A stretch of 64,000 bases of DNA, taken from positions 1 to 64,000 of the forward strand of contig CBDAFS010000062.1 in assembly GCA_965195285.1 (NCBI GenBank), read 5' to 3'. Origin of the DNA: an uncultured Aminicenantes bacterium (GTDB lineage Bacteria > Acidobacteriota > Aminicenantia > UBA2199). Within the stretch, counting starts at the first letter, position 1. The number at the start of each line of letters is the position of its first letter. Under the pieces are notes generated by a model that did no database searches, had not been told where the DNA came from, and saw only the letters and a list, made by a program, of their open reading frames with translations. Positions 48,265 to 58,890 of this stretch are shown piece by piece. Position numbers and translations under genes: made by a program.

Positions 48265-49110
48265 CTATTTATTCATTAATATTTTGGCATCCTCCACAAA
48301 TTCTATGATTTTATTTTCTTTCTTCAATTCGGCCAGTATCCGGTTGATCTCCTTTAAAAACTTCGGGTTCCCTTTTTTGACAGCGATGGCAGAACCCAGC
48401 AACGTATCATAGGCACCGGAATGACACTCAATATTAATCAGGTCTTTGTGACGCATGACAAATGACTCGGCAACAGGTCTTTCCAGAATCGCAGTATCAA
48501 TTTTTTTATTTTTTAAATCGTCAATAAGCTCATTTACAGTATCTTTTACAATAAACTCAGCTCCAACAACCTGTTTTTGTATCATTTCATGTTGAATGGA
48601 ACCCCTTTGGGTGCCAACTCTCTTTCCCCTTAAATCTCTTAAATATGTGATTTTATCGGAATCTGCAGCTCGAATGACCATGTTTTGTATAGCCTGATAG
48701 TAAATGTCAGAAAAATCAACATATTTTTTTCTTCTTTCCGAAGGCACTAAGCCAGCAATGACCATATCGACTTCATCTGAGGTTAAAACATCAAATATCT
48801 TATGAAAAATTACCTCTTTTATTTCAAGCTTAACGCCCAGATCTCTGGCAATTTCCTTGGCAATATCAACATCCAGTCCCACGATCTCTCCCTGGCGATC
48901 ATTGAGCAGGTGAAATTCATACGGAGGATAATCTGGGCTGGTTCCTACCACCAGTTTCCCGGCTTTTTTAATCTGATCAAGTTTGGATACGGCTTTGTCT
49001 GCTTTGGTTTCCGACTGGCTATTGGCAGAAATAGTGAAAAAGACCAATACCACTACCAATAGAAGCACCAAAGATGGAATCTTTCTGATAATATTGCGTT
49101 TACTTCCCAT
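48265..49110 (-). CDS. Amino-acid ABC transporter substrate-binding protein (SBP family 3)
   Basis: GTSPDYPPYEF, GLDVDIA, VDFSDIYY, AIAVKKG. Confidence 0.9.
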   Translation of the reverse strand: MGSKRNIIRKIPSLVLLLVVVLVFFTISANSQSETKADKAVSKLDQIKKAGKLVVGTSPDYPPYEFHLLNDRQGEIVGLDVDIAKEIARDLGVKLEIKEVIFHKIFDVLTSDEVDMVIAGLVPSERRKKYVDFSDIYYQAIQNMVIRAADSDKITYLRDLRGKRVGTQRGSIQHEMIQKQVVGAEFIVKDTVNELIDDLKNKKIDTAILERPVAESFVMRHKDLINIECHSGAYDTLLGSAIAVKKGNPKFLKEINRILAELKKENKIIEFVEDAKILMNK

Positions 49111-49292
49111 TTTTACCTCCAGTTCATTGTTTCGTAAAGATTTTATGTATATATAATAATATAATTTATTTAAAATTAACAGTCATAAAATTTAGAATTT
49201 TGTTTATTTATTGATAAAGCTGGAAAAAAGGGGGATAATCCGGGTCTGCCAAGCGGTTGCTTTTTCCCGGTACTTAATTTATAATATTGGTA

Positions 49293-50585
49293 ATGAGAAA
49301 ATTATTCTGTCTATTACTTCTCTTGATGACCTGGCCGGTTTTCATCTCTTCAACCATTATCAAACTCAAAATCGACGGTCCCATTGACACCATTACCGAG
49401 GAATATATCAGTGACTATTTTGAGAAAATGAAAGGGAGGAAGGATCTCAAACTGACCGTCATTGAAATCGATACTCCCGGTGGCTTCGATACCTCCATGA
49501 GAGCCATCATAAAAAACATCTTGAATTCACCCGTACCGGTTGCCGTATACGTATCGCCCCGGGGAGCCCGGGCCGCCTCAGCCGGCTTTTTCATCACTAT
49601 TTCTGCGGATATCGCTTCCATGGCACCCGGAACCAATATGGGGGCTGCCAGCCCGGTGGCCATATCGGGACAGAAAATCGAAGAAACCATGAAAAAAAAG
49701 ATTACCAACGATGCGGTTTCATATGCCAAGGCCCTGGCCAAAAGCAAAAATAGAAATATGGAGCTCTCGGAAAAGGCAGTCCGAGAAAGCATGTCTTACA
49801 CCGCCGAAGAATGTTTTAACAGCAAACTCATTGAATATATTGCCGAGGATATCGACCACCTGATCGAACAACTGGAGGGCCGTGAAATCACCCTGGCGAG
49901 CGGGAAAAAAGTACGACTTCAATTAAAGGGTGAACGAATCGAAACCTTCTCAATGAGTGGAAGACAAAAATTTCTGAGAACCATCACCAATCCCAACCTG
50001 GCTTATTTTCTCCTGATTTTCGGACTTATCGGACTTTATCTGGAATTTACCCACCCGGGAATCATAATCCCGGGGGTGCTGGGTGGTATTTTCCTGCTGC
50101 TGGCCTTTCTGGCCTTTCAGATACTGCCCATCAATTACGTGGGCCTGTTATTGATCCTGCTCTCAATCGGTTTTTTTATAGCTGAAATAAAAATCCAGGG
50201 TTTCGGCATGCTGGGAATCGGCGGTGTCATTTCTTTTCTTTTGGGTTCAATCATGTTGATCAATGCCCCGGTTCCCGAAATGAGGCCAACCATGTCAATC
50301 ATCATCACTTTTTCCATTTGTTTTGGCTTAATCATATTATTTCTGAGTTTTAAGGTGATTACAGCCATGAAAAAAAAGACCGTAACCGGCCAGGAAGGCC
50401 TGACCGGAGAAATCGGAATCGCCAAAGGCGATATCAACCGTATTTCCGGGAAAGTATTTGCCCATGGAGAATGGTGGAATGCGGTATCCGATGAGGATAT
50501 CCCGGCCGGCTCCAAGGTCAAAATCGTATCCGTACAAGAATTTACCTTGAAAGTAAAAGCAACCAATAATCAAGACAACCAATAG
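49293..50585 (+). CDS. nfeD: NfeD membrane-bound ClpP-class serine protease
   Basis: IDTPGG, AASAG, APGTNMGAA, GEWWNA. Confidence 0.92.
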   Translation: MRKLFCLLLLLMTWPVFISSTIIKLKIDGPIDTITEEYISDYFEKMKGRKDLKLTVIEIDTPGGFDTSMRAIIKNILNSPVPVAVYVSPRGARAASAGFFITISADIASMAPGTNMGAASPVAISGQKIEETMKKKITNDAVSYAKALAKSKNRNMELSEKAVRESMSYTAEECFNSKLIEYIAEDIDHLIEQLEGREITLASGKKVRLQLKGERIETFSMSGRQKFLRTITNPNLAYFLLIFGLIGLYLEFTHPGIIIPGVLGGIFLLLAFLAFQILPINYVGLLLILLSIGFFIAEIKIQGFGMLGIGGVISFLLGSIMLINAPVPEMRPTMSIIITFSICFGLIILFLSFKVITAMKKKTVTGQEGLTGEIGIAKGDINRISGKVFAHGEWWNAVSDEDIPAGSKVKIVSVQEFTLKVKATNNQDNQ

Positions 50586-50594
50586 GAGGAAAAC

Positions 50595-51341
50595 ATGCCT
50601 ACCATTTTGATAACTATTATAATTATCATTTTATTACTTATCTTGAACTGGATAAAAGTGTTAAAGGAATATGAACGGGGAGTTATCTTCAGACTGGGAA
50701 GGGTACTGGAAAAACCCAAGGGACCGGGACTGATTATTGTTATGTATCCCATTGATAAAATGGTAAAGATCAGTTTGAGATTAATCGTACTGGATGTGCC
50801 TCCTCAGGATGTGATTACCAGGGATAATGTTTCTGTCAAAGTCAATGCAGTAGTCTACTGCCGGGTCCTGAATCCGACAAGGGCCGTGATTGAGGTCCAG
50901 GATTACCTCTATGCGACTTCACAATTATCCCAGACCACACTCAGATCGGTTCTGGGGCAGGTTGAACTCGACGAATTGTTATCAGAAAGAGATAAGTTAA
51001 ATCAGAAGCTTCAGGAAATAATTGATGAACATACCGATCCCTGGGGTATCAAGGTTTCGATGGTTGAAATAAAATATGTGGACCTTCCCCAGGAAATGCA
51101 GAGAGCCATGGCCAAGCAGGCAGAAGCCGAACGGGAAAGACGGGCCAAGGTCATACATGCTGATGGAGAATTCCAGGCCTCGGATAAGCTGCTGCAAGCT
51201 GCCAACAAAATGTCACAGAATCCCACAACCATCCAATTGAGATACCTACAGACCCTGGTGGACATTTCCGCTGATAACACCTCCACCATTGTATTCCCTC
51301 TGCCCATTGAAATGCTGAAAGGACTGTTCGCAACGAAGTAA
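50595..51341 (+). CDS. Stomatin/SPFH family protein
   Basis: [38 protein letters not shown]. Confidence 0.93.
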   Translation: MPTILITIIIIILLLILNWIKVLKEYERGVIFRLGRVLEKPKGPGLIIVMYPIDKMVKISLRLIVLDVPPQDVITRDNVSVKVNAVVYCRVLNPTRAVIEVQDYLYATSQLSQTTLRSVLGQVELDELLSERDKLNQKLQEIIDEHTDPWGIKVSMVEIKYVDLPQEMQRAMAKQAEAERERRAKVIHADGEFQASDKLLQAANKMSQNPTTIQLRYLQTLVDISADNTSTIVFPLPIEMLKGLFATK

Positions 51342-51342
51342 A

Positions 51343-51888
51343 ATGGCTGCATCTGACAAATCCTATCTGGAGATCAAGGTTACCTTCATCCATATTGTTG
51401 TTCTTTTAAGCGCGGTTATACTCATTGGAATCTTCCTCTTTTACCTGGGTTTTCAGGCCGGGAAATCTTCGATAAGAAACCAATTCACCACCTCATCGAT
51501 TACCAATACTGCCGGGGATGCAGAAAAAATCGAACTGACTGAAACCGGCTCTGGTCCGGGTGATTCCAGCAACAAATCGAAAATCGATAGCGAGATAAAA
51601 CTGCATAAAGATTCGGATGACGGAAGACTTAGGACCAAGGCCGTGAAAAAAGAATCATACTTTACCATTCAAGTCGGTGCCTATGCTGATTTTTCCAATG
51701 CCAGAACTGAATCCGATAAATTCAGCCGCCTGGGCTACCACACCGAAATATTATCCACACTGCAAGAAAACCAGAAGTTGTTTCGGGTCAGGGTCGGGAA
51801 ATTTAAAACCCTAGAAAAAGCCCAGAAGGAAAAAGCCAAGCTGGAAAAAAAAGATAAACGGAATTTTGATATCATCAAGCCGAATTAA
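51343..51888 (+). CDS. SPOR domain protein
   Basis: N-terminal TM; IQVGAY...FRVRVGKF. Confidence 0.85.
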   Translation: MAASDKSYLEIKVTFIHIVVLLSAVILIGIFLFYLGFQAGKSSIRNQFTTSSITNTAGDAEKIELTETGSGPGDSSNKSKIDSEIKLHKDSDDGRLRTKAVKKESYFTIQVGAYADFSNARTESDKFSRLGYHTEILSTLQENQKLFRVRVGKFKTLEKAQKEKAKLEKKDKRNFDIIKPN

Positions 51889-52000
51889 ATTTCCGTGGAC
51901 TTGGTTCAACTCCAGCCTTCAGAAAGAAACCAAACAATCAAATTGACACCATTTTCCAGCAAAACCTTTAAAAGAATGGGAATTATGGTAAAATAGGCTC

Positions 52001-53050
52001 TTGGAATTTGTCATGGCAATGAAAAACGATAAAAACGGATACTTAACCTACAAGACCCCGGAAGGGAAAATTCGTACTTTTTCCGGAATACAGCCCTCCG
52101 GTGAAGTTCACATCGGAAACTACCTTGGAGCCATTTCCAACTGGATAACCTTTCTGGATCAGTATGAATGCTATTTTTGCATTGTTGATCACCATGCAAC
52201 CACCCTCACCTATGAGCCGGGAGAAATGCAAAACCGGATTTTCGATGCGGCCATTGCCAACATTGCTGCCGGCCTCGACCCGGAACGCTGTACCATTTTT
52301 GTCCAGAGTGAAGTCCCCCAGCACACCGAACTGGCCTGGGTCTTCAATACGGTTACACCCTTCGGAGACCTCTCCCGAATGACCCAGTTTAAGCAAAAAT
52401 CCAAGGAACACAGCGATAATATCAATGTGGGACTGTTTACCTACCCGATACTCCAGGCTGCGGATATACTGCTATACAAGGCCAGTGCCGTTCCGGTTGG
52501 AGAAGATCAGGTCCAGCACATCGAACTGGCCCGGGAGATCGCCCGTAAATTTAATTCCCGCTTCGGAGATGTTTTTCCCGAGTGCCAGGCCTATATCACT
52601 GAGGCCAAACGGATTATGGGGCTGGATGGAGAAAATAAAATGTCCAAAAGTCTGAATAACACCATCGGACTTCTGGAACCGCTTCCCGATATCTGGAAAA
52701 AACTGGCCCCGGCCATCACCGATCCCAGACGCCAGCGCCGGACTGATCCGGGAATCCCTGAAGACTGCAATGTGTTTACCAGCTACCATTTGCACTTCTC
52801 TCCCCGGGCCGATCTCGACTGGGTTCGGGAAGGCTGTACCACTGCCGGCATCGGCTGCCTGGAGTGCAAAAAGAGACTGTTTGAAAACATTGAAAAAATA
52901 CTACAACCCATACAGGAAAGAGCCGATCGATTAAAGTCCTGTCCGCATGATATACATGATATCCTTTCCGATGGGGCAAGAAAGGCAAAAAATATTGCCC
53001 GGGAAGTCATGGAAGATGTTTATTCGGCTATGGGCCTCAAGCGGAAATAG
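52001..53050 (+). CDS. trpS: Tryptophanyl-tRNA synthetase
   Basis: SGIQPSG, HIGNYLGA, YPILQAADIL, KMSKS; start may be 52013 or 52019. Confidence 0.96.
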   Translation: MEFVMAMKNDKNGYLTYKTPEGKIRTFSGIQPSGEVHIGNYLGAISNWITFLDQYECYFCIVDHHATTLTYEPGEMQNRIFDAAIANIAAGLDPERCTIFVQSEVPQHTELAWVFNTVTPFGDLSRMTQFKQKSKEHSDNINVGLFTYPILQAADILLYKASAVPVGEDQVQHIELAREIARKFNSRFGDVFPECQAYITEAKRIMGLDGENKMSKSLNNTIGLLEPLPDIWKKLAPAITDPRRQRRTDPGIPEDCNVFTSYHLHFSPRADLDWVREGCTTAGIGCLECKKRLFENIEKILQPIQERADRLKSCPHDIHDILSDGARKAKNIAREVMEDVYSAMGLKRK

Positions 53051-53095
53051 ACAACCCTGAAGTCAGTTTTCCGGTCAGACCGATTACCTAAATGC

Positions 53096-53935
53096 TTATT
53101 GATTCAGCAGCCGTTTCAATCTGGGGATTTCTTTTTCCATCACTTCAAATCCATTTTCAATCATCCCCCTGGCCTTATGAAAATCAAATATTCTGATCGA
53201 ACCCAATGCCGGCCTGATCAGGATATCCGGACTGTCGAGGGCAATGTTTTTTTCAGTAATCTGGCGCTGCATCATAGAAACCGAACTTTCGATCACATCA
53301 ATGATATTGGGACGATCCGGGGTGAGCCATTCCACAATTGGATTTTTTGATAATTGTTTGCACTTTCTGTACCGCAGCTTTCCCTTAATGAATTCATGAC
53401 TCAGATCCACACCAATGACAATCTCTGCACCCATTTTCCGTACCACATTCACTGGCATGGGATTCACCACGCCGCCATCAATCAGATACTGTTTCCCCTT
53501 TTTAAAGGGCGTAAATATCCCCGGAATGGCAATACTGGCCCGAATGGCATCAATCACTTTGCCCTGGCCAATCCGAACCTCCTCTCCGGTATCCAGATTG
53601 GTGGCCACCACCAGTAAAGGAAGGTTCAACTGATTGAATATTTTGCGGGTGATCAACTGCTCCAACAATTTGACCAGCTTATTGCCTTTAAAAAGACCGA
53701 GGTGGGGAACACCCGGATCAAAATGCCTCACCACATCCGTCCACTTGACTTCCAGCAGGTACTTCTCAAATCGTTCGATGTCACCTGAAGCGAATACACC
53801 TCCCACCACCGAACCGATACTGGTTCCGGCTATATAATCAATCCGTATCCCGGCCGAGGTCAGGGATTTGATGATACCGGTGTGAGCGCAGCCACGTGCA
53901 CCCCCGCTTCCCAAGGCCAACCCCAATTTTTTCAT
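53096..53935 (-). CDS. Patatin-like phospholipase (RssA-type)
   Basis: GSGGARG, GTSIG, DGG. Confidence 0.9.
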   Translation of the reverse strand: MKKLGLALGSGGARGCAHTGIIKSLTSAGIRIDYIAGTSIGSVVGGVFASGDIERFEKYLLEVKWTDVVRHFDPGVPHLGLFKGNKLVKLLEQLITRKIFNQLNLPLLVVATNLDTGEEVRIGQGKVIDAIRASIAIPGIFTPFKKGKQYLIDGGVVNPMPVNVVRKMGAEIVIGVDLSHEFIKGKLRYRKCKQLSKNPIVEWLTPDRPNIIDVIESSVSMMQRQITEKNIALDSPDILIRPALGSIRIFDFHKARGMIENGFEVMEKEIPRLKRLLNQ

Positions 53936-53995
53936 AAATCATAATAATATAAATAAAATAAAATTTCAATAAATCAATGCGAAATTTATCAGCCT

Positions 53996-56900
53996 TCAGC
54001 TGATCAGGAAAAATGGCGGATGATTCACCAGATGAGCAAAATCAGTGATATACCAGACATATTGGTGAGTATTAAGCTTCTCGTATCTGATCTTTTTCAG
54101 GAAAGAAAGATTCACCCAGCCAGGATCCGTGTCCGGTTCCGAAAGTTCGATCTCCACCCGATCCTCAAATATCTCCACCTCTTTGAACCGGAATAACCGG
54201 GCAACTATCCGAATCAAGGCCACCAAAAAAACCTTTTCAACGCTGACATGACAGGGACCGAATCGATCCACCAGTTCATTCCACAGCTCTACAAGATCTT
54301 CAAGGCTGCTGGCTTCCAGTATTTTTTTATAGGTCCGGATTCTTTCAGGTGCATCGGAGATATATTCGGAATCAATCGAATATGAAAAATTGATATTGAT
54401 TTTGTACTGCCACTCTTTCTCCTCTTCCCCTTTCAATTCTTTGATCAACTGATTTAAAAGATCCAGGTAATAATCAAATCCAAGCGCCTCAATATGCCCG
54501 TGCTGTCTATTTCCCAATAACGAACCCATCCCCCTCAATTTTAAATCAAATTCAGCCAGTTTATAACCGGATCCCAGATCGGCAAAATCCCGGATGGCAT
54601 TCAATCTGGACCTGGCCCGGTCACTCACCGGCTTATTCCGAACCAGAAAAAAAGCATAGGCCTGCCGGCTGCTCCTTCCAATCCTCCCCCTCAACTGATA
54701 GAGCTGGGTCAAACCAAAACGGTCCGCATTCACCACGATCAGGGTATTGACATCCGGGATATCAATACCGTTTTCAATAATGGTGGTAGAGACCAGAATC
54801 CGATACCGTTTCTGAATAAAGGACATCAGGTTATTTTCTATTTGATCACTTCTCATCTTGGAATGGATCAGGGTCATCCTGACTTCGGGAAGCCAGGACT
54901 GAAGTTGATCCCTGAATTGATAAATTTTTTCAATATTGTTGTAGACAATGAAAACCAACCCGTCCCGTTCAATCTCATTTAAGACGGCAGACATTATGAT
55001 CTCCTTCGAAAAATCACCCACATAGTTCTTTACTGCCAGGCGACCGATGGGAGGAGACTGGATAACCGATAGATCCTGAAGTCCTGAGAGTGAAAGTGAC
55101 AGGGTGCGGGGGATGGGTGTTGCCGAAAGGCTCAACACATCGATATCTTCCCGGTTTTTCTTCAACTTTTCTTTTTGAAAAACCCCGAAACGCTGTTCCT
55201 CATCAATGATAACCAATCCCAGATCCCTGAACCGGATATCGCTGGATATCAAGGCGTGGGTACCGATCACCACATCAACCTTACCGGTTTTAAGTTCCTC
55301 CAGCACCCGTTTCTTTTCTTGTGTCGATACCATGCGGGACAGGAGTGCAATTCGTACCGGAAAAACCGAAAACCGCTGCCTGAAGGTTTCAAAATGCTGC
55401 CAAGCCAGTATGGTGGTCGGACACAGTACAACCACCTGTTTCCCATTCACTATGACCCTGAATGCGGCCCGAATGGCGACCTCGGTCTTCCCGAAACTGA
55501 CATCACCGCAAACCAGACGATCCATGGGGCTGTCGGCCTCCAGATCATTCATCACATCCTTGATAGCTCTAAATTGATCCCGGGTCTCCAGGTATGGAAA
55601 TCCTTCCCACAATTTGTTTTCCATGTCATCGGGTTTCGGATAGGAATGACCCTTTATGGATCTTCTCACCGCATATAGCTCCAGCAGATCCCGGGCAAAA
55701 TTGACGATACTTTTTTTAGCCCTGGATTGTTTGGACTCCCAGGTTTTTCCGCCCATTTTATCCAGAGGGGGATGATAGCCTTCAGGGGCAACATATCTGC
55801 TCAACACATCCAGTTCATAAACCGGAACGTATAGAAATTCTTTATTCAGATATTCAATCTGCAAGAATTCGGAAATCATACCTCCGAATTGAAGCCGGCG
55901 CAGGCCCAGGTATTTTCCGATTCCATGTTTTTTATGAACAACAAAATCGTCTGTTTTGATTTCCTTTAGCAGTCGGTCAATTTTCTCCGCTTCATTTTCC
56001 ATCCGGATTTCCTTCTGTTCAAAATAAAAATTCTTGAAGGTCAAAAACAGTGTGCGGTTGGCTCTGTTTTCAAAAGAAAAGGGAATGTTGAAATTCAAAT
56101 ACTGAACATCCCCCCAGAAGTCCACAACATGTTCCATGATTTTTTTATTTTCCGAACACAGATAACAGGAATACTTATTATTTATTTTATCAACGATCCG
56201 GTTTATATCGTCCTGATTGAATTCCAGAACACTTTTCTTCAGCTTGACCAATTCCGGTTTTTCGAAAATATCATCAAATATTTCATTCAGACTCAGTATG
56301 GTTTTTTCATCAGGCTGATAGGTAAAAATGTCCTCTGGTTTCTGTTGTCTTTTTTTGGGGGTTCTGGTCAGGACTCGAATTTTGTTGAAATTCTCCAAAA
56401 GCATGCCGAACTCTTTGTTGAGATGGTCAAAATCAGAAGCCACCAGGAAGGGATTCTTAATCAGATCGGGAAGATATTTCATCCGGGTATGATCTCCCCG
56501 GAAATACTGATCCATGGATTGAAAATTTAAAAAATACCGGGCAATCGGTATCTGGATTTGAGGGATTGTTCTGATGGATCTCTGGGTCAGGATATCGAAA
56601 TGCCGGATCGATTTCACGGCTCCCCCCAGAACCTCAATCCGAACCGGATTGTCCTCATTTACCGAGAAGATATCCACGATACTTCCCCGCCAGGAGATAT
56701 CCCCCGGTTGTTCAACAAAATCCCGGGTTTTATAACCCGATTCGATCATAGCGGACAAAAAATCATTTCGGCTGAAACGATCTTCCAGCTTTACCCATCT
56801 GATAAACCGCTCCAACCGGGAATCCTCTTCAATTTTAATGCTGAGGGCAGACAGGGTGGTTACAATGATCCCGTTTTGTGGTTTCAATAAATTTGAAATT

Positions 56901-57211
56901 AATCTGAGTTTGTGATCCAGGGCATCGAGATCGACATCGGAATTGACAAATGGATCTTCAAACGGACGTTTATAGTAGTCAATCGGCACCTCTTTCAGAC
57001 CCAGCAGTTTTAACCATGAATGAAGCTTTTTTTCTTTGGCTTGAAAATCCTCGTTCTCCCCCACTATCCAGATCAAATGGGACCGGCATTGGTAAAAAAT
57101 ACCGGCAATATACAGCTCAATCAAATCTCCGTCAACATTGTTGATATTCCGGGTTTTTGCGGATTTCAAACCCTGGATAAATTGTGGGCTGAATATCTTA
57201 TTAATCATCAC
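53996..57211 (-). CDS. mfd: Transcription-repair coupling factor
   Basis: CarD/RID region, GDVSFGKTE, DEEQRFG, SATPIPR, QLRGRIGR, TRG motif. Confidence 0.93.
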   Translation of the reverse strand: MMINKIFSPQFIQGLKSAKTRNINNVDGDLIELYIAGIFYQCRSHLIWIVGENEDFQAKEKKLHSWLKLLGLKEVPIDYYKRPFEDPFVNSDVDLDALDHKLRLISNLLKPQNGIIVTTLSALSIKIEEDSRLERFIRWVKLEDRFSRNDFLSAMIESGYKTRDFVEQPGDISWRGSIVDIFSVNEDNPVRIEVLGGAVKSIRHFDILTQRSIRTIPQIQIPIARYFLNFQSMDQYFRGDHTRMKYLPDLIKNPFLVASDFDHLNKEFGMLLENFNKIRVLTRTPKKRQQKPEDIFTYQPDEKTILSLNEIFDDIFEKPELVKLKKSVLEFNQDDINRIVDKINNKYSCYLCSENKKIMEHVVDFWGDVQYLNFNIPFSFENRANRTLFLTFKNFYFEQKEIRMENEAEKIDRLLKEIKTDDFVVHKKHGIGKYLGLRRLQFGGMISEFLQIEYLNKEFLYVPVYELDVLSRYVAPEGYHPPLDKMGGKTWESKQSRAKKSIVNFARDLLELYAVRRSIKGHSYPKPDDMENKLWEGFPYLETRDQFRAIKDVMNDLEADSPMDRLVCGDVSFGKTEVAIRAAFRVIVNGKQVVVLCPTTILAWQHFETFRQRFSVFPVRIALLSRMVSTQEKKRVLEELKTGKVDVVIGTHALISSDIRFRDLGLVIIDEEQRFGVFQKEKLKKNREDIDVLSLSATPIPRTLSLSLSGLQDLSVIQSPPIGRLAVKNYVGDFSKEIIMSAVLNEIERDGLVFIVYNNIEKIYQFRDQLQSWLPEVRMTLIHSKMRSDQIENNLMSFIQKRYRILVSTTIIENGIDIPDVNTLIVVNADRFGLTQLYQLRGRIGRSSRQAYAFFLVRNKPVSDRARSRLNAIRDFADLGSGYKLAEFDLKLRGMGSLLGNRQHGHIEALGFDYYLDLLNQLIKELKGEEEKEWQYKININFSYSIDSEYISDAPERIRTYKKILEASSLEDLVELWNELVDRFGPCHVSVEKVFLVALIRIVARLFRFKEVEIFEDRVEIELSEPDTDPGWVNLSFLKKIRYEKLNTHQYVWYITDFAHLVNHPPFFLIS

Positions 57212-57254
57212 TGGTGATCATCCAAATCCACCCCGTCATCATTCAGCCAGGTGA

Positions 57255-58094
57255 TCAATTGAAATCCAGCAGGTATCGAAGTACTTTCAGGGCCCTCACC
57301 ATGTTCTCGACCTGATGAACCCGGATGATGGAAGCCCCGTTCATAATCGAGATAATATTGGCAGTCACTGTTTCCATTTCCCGGTTTTGGGGGATTTTTT
57401 CTCCACTGATTTGCCCCAGAAAAGATTTTCTGGACAGGCCGATAAGAATCGGACATTTGAGCTCAGCGATTTCCCTGAGCCTCCGTATAATTTCAATATT
57501 ATCCTGGAAGCGCTTTCCAAACCCAATCCCCGGATCCACGATGATTTTGTTTCTGGAGATACCGTTGGCCATCGCGTAATCAATCCGTTCACTCAGGTGG
57601 TTTTTGATCTCAACCACTGCATCCTTGTAACGAGGATTCCTCTGCATATTTTTTGGTGTACCCAGGATATGCATAATAATCACAGGAACACCCAGGCTGG
57701 CAACAACAGCAACCATATTATCACTGAATCGAAGCCCGGAAATATCGTTCACCAGGTCAGCACCGGCTTCAGCAACGGCAATATGGGCCACCTCATCCTT
57801 ATTGGTATCAACTGAAACCAGAATTCCAAATTCTTTTTTCACCCGTTCAATGACCGGAATAATTCGATCTATCTCTTCCCGGCCACTCACTGCCCGGGAA
57901 CCGGGGCGGGTACTTTCTCCGCCGATGTCAATAATATCAGCACCGGCTTTTACCATTTTTTCCGCATGGTCAAGAGCTTCATCCGTTTTCAAGAACTGGC
58001 CGCCATCGGAAAAAGAATCCGGAGTAATATTTAAAATGCCCATGATCAAGGGGATTTTCAAATCAATGGATCGTTCTTTCAAAACCAGTTTCAT
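57255..58094 (-). CDS. folP: Dihydropteroate synthase
   Basis: MGILNITPDSFSDGG, GGESTRPG, DPGIGFGK, SRKS. Confidence 0.96.
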   Translation of the reverse strand: MKLVLKERSIDLKIPLIMGILNITPDSFSDGGQFLKTDEALDHAEKMVKAGADIIDIGGESTRPGSRAVSGREEIDRIIPVIERVKKEFGILVSVDTNKDEVAHIAVAEAGADLVNDISGLRFSDNMVAVVASLGVPVIIMHILGTPKNMQRNPRYKDAVVEIKNHLSERIDYAMANGISRNKIIVDPGIGFGKRFQDNIEIIRRLREIAELKCPILIGLSRKSFLGQISGEKIPQNREMETVTANIISIMNGASIIRVHQVENMVRALKVLRYLLDFN

Positions 58095-58143
58095 TTACCA
58101 ACTTCTCCGATCTTTATTTCTGAATAACAATGCTGTCCCGAAT

Positions 58144-58890
58144 TTAAATCACGGTTAACCGGTCCTCTTTAATCCATCCGACTATATCAGAAGAAGCGGA
58201 AACCTGCAGCCACCCATTGCTCCGATCAATAATCCTCACTTCCAATCCGGGATTTACCTTGAAAAGTATGGTATTGTCTTGCCCCGGACCACTCCTCAGT
58301 TGGGCATCATCTCGTATAATAACCGCCGTGTTCTGAGAATTCCGCTTCTGTACCCGGTAGATATGGACCATCGAGGTAAAAATGAACAGGAGCAGAAAAA
58401 AGAAGAGACCGTATAAGGCCCACTTGTTTCTTCTCCTTCTGACCAGAATGAACAAAGAAAAATTGAATATGATGATGAATACGATCAACAGATAGGAAAT
58501 AAAATTCAGGGATATCAAAGACTCAACCTTCAGCACGACCCGTCCTAAGAAATCGATTTCTTTCTCCGGGATTTTATCCTTGAAATTTTTATTCACAATT
58601 TGAATATTATTTCCGATGGAGGACTGAAGGGGTTTGAGCTGTCGGGCCTTCAAATAATAAATCTTGGCTTCAATAAAACGATTGAGCTTAAACTGACAAT
58701 TTCCCATATTATAAAACAATTTCCAGCTAAACAGTGAATTTTCAATTGTACGATACAACTCCAGGGCTTCTGTATAGAGTCCTTTTTCATACAAGTCATT
58801 CGCTGAGTCAAACCTCTGTTGGAAATCCTCTGCAGACGCAACCATAACCGCCAGTACCAGTATGCCAATAAAAACAACGATGCTCTTCAT
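58144..58890 (-). CDS. batE: BatE-like TPR/SH3b protein
   Basis: TPR, two TMs, RSGPG...VGWI SH3b. Confidence 0.78.
   Translation of the reverse strand: MKSIVVFIGILVLAVMVASAEDFQQRFDSANDLYEKGLYTEALELYRTIENSLFSWKLFYNMGNCQFKLNRFIEAKIYYLKARQLKPLQSSIGNNIQIVNKNFKDKIPEKEIDFLGRVVLKVESLISLNFISYLLIVFIIIFNFSLFILVRRRRNKWALYGLFFFLLLFIFTSMVHIYRVQKRNSQNTAVIIRDDAQLRSGPGQDNTILFKVNPGLEVRIIDRSNGWLQVSASSDIVGWIKEDRLTVI

Noticed and set aside
57208-57456. 82-aa ORF between folP and mfd
   Set aside because: Mostly overlaps folP in another frame and has no recognisable domain
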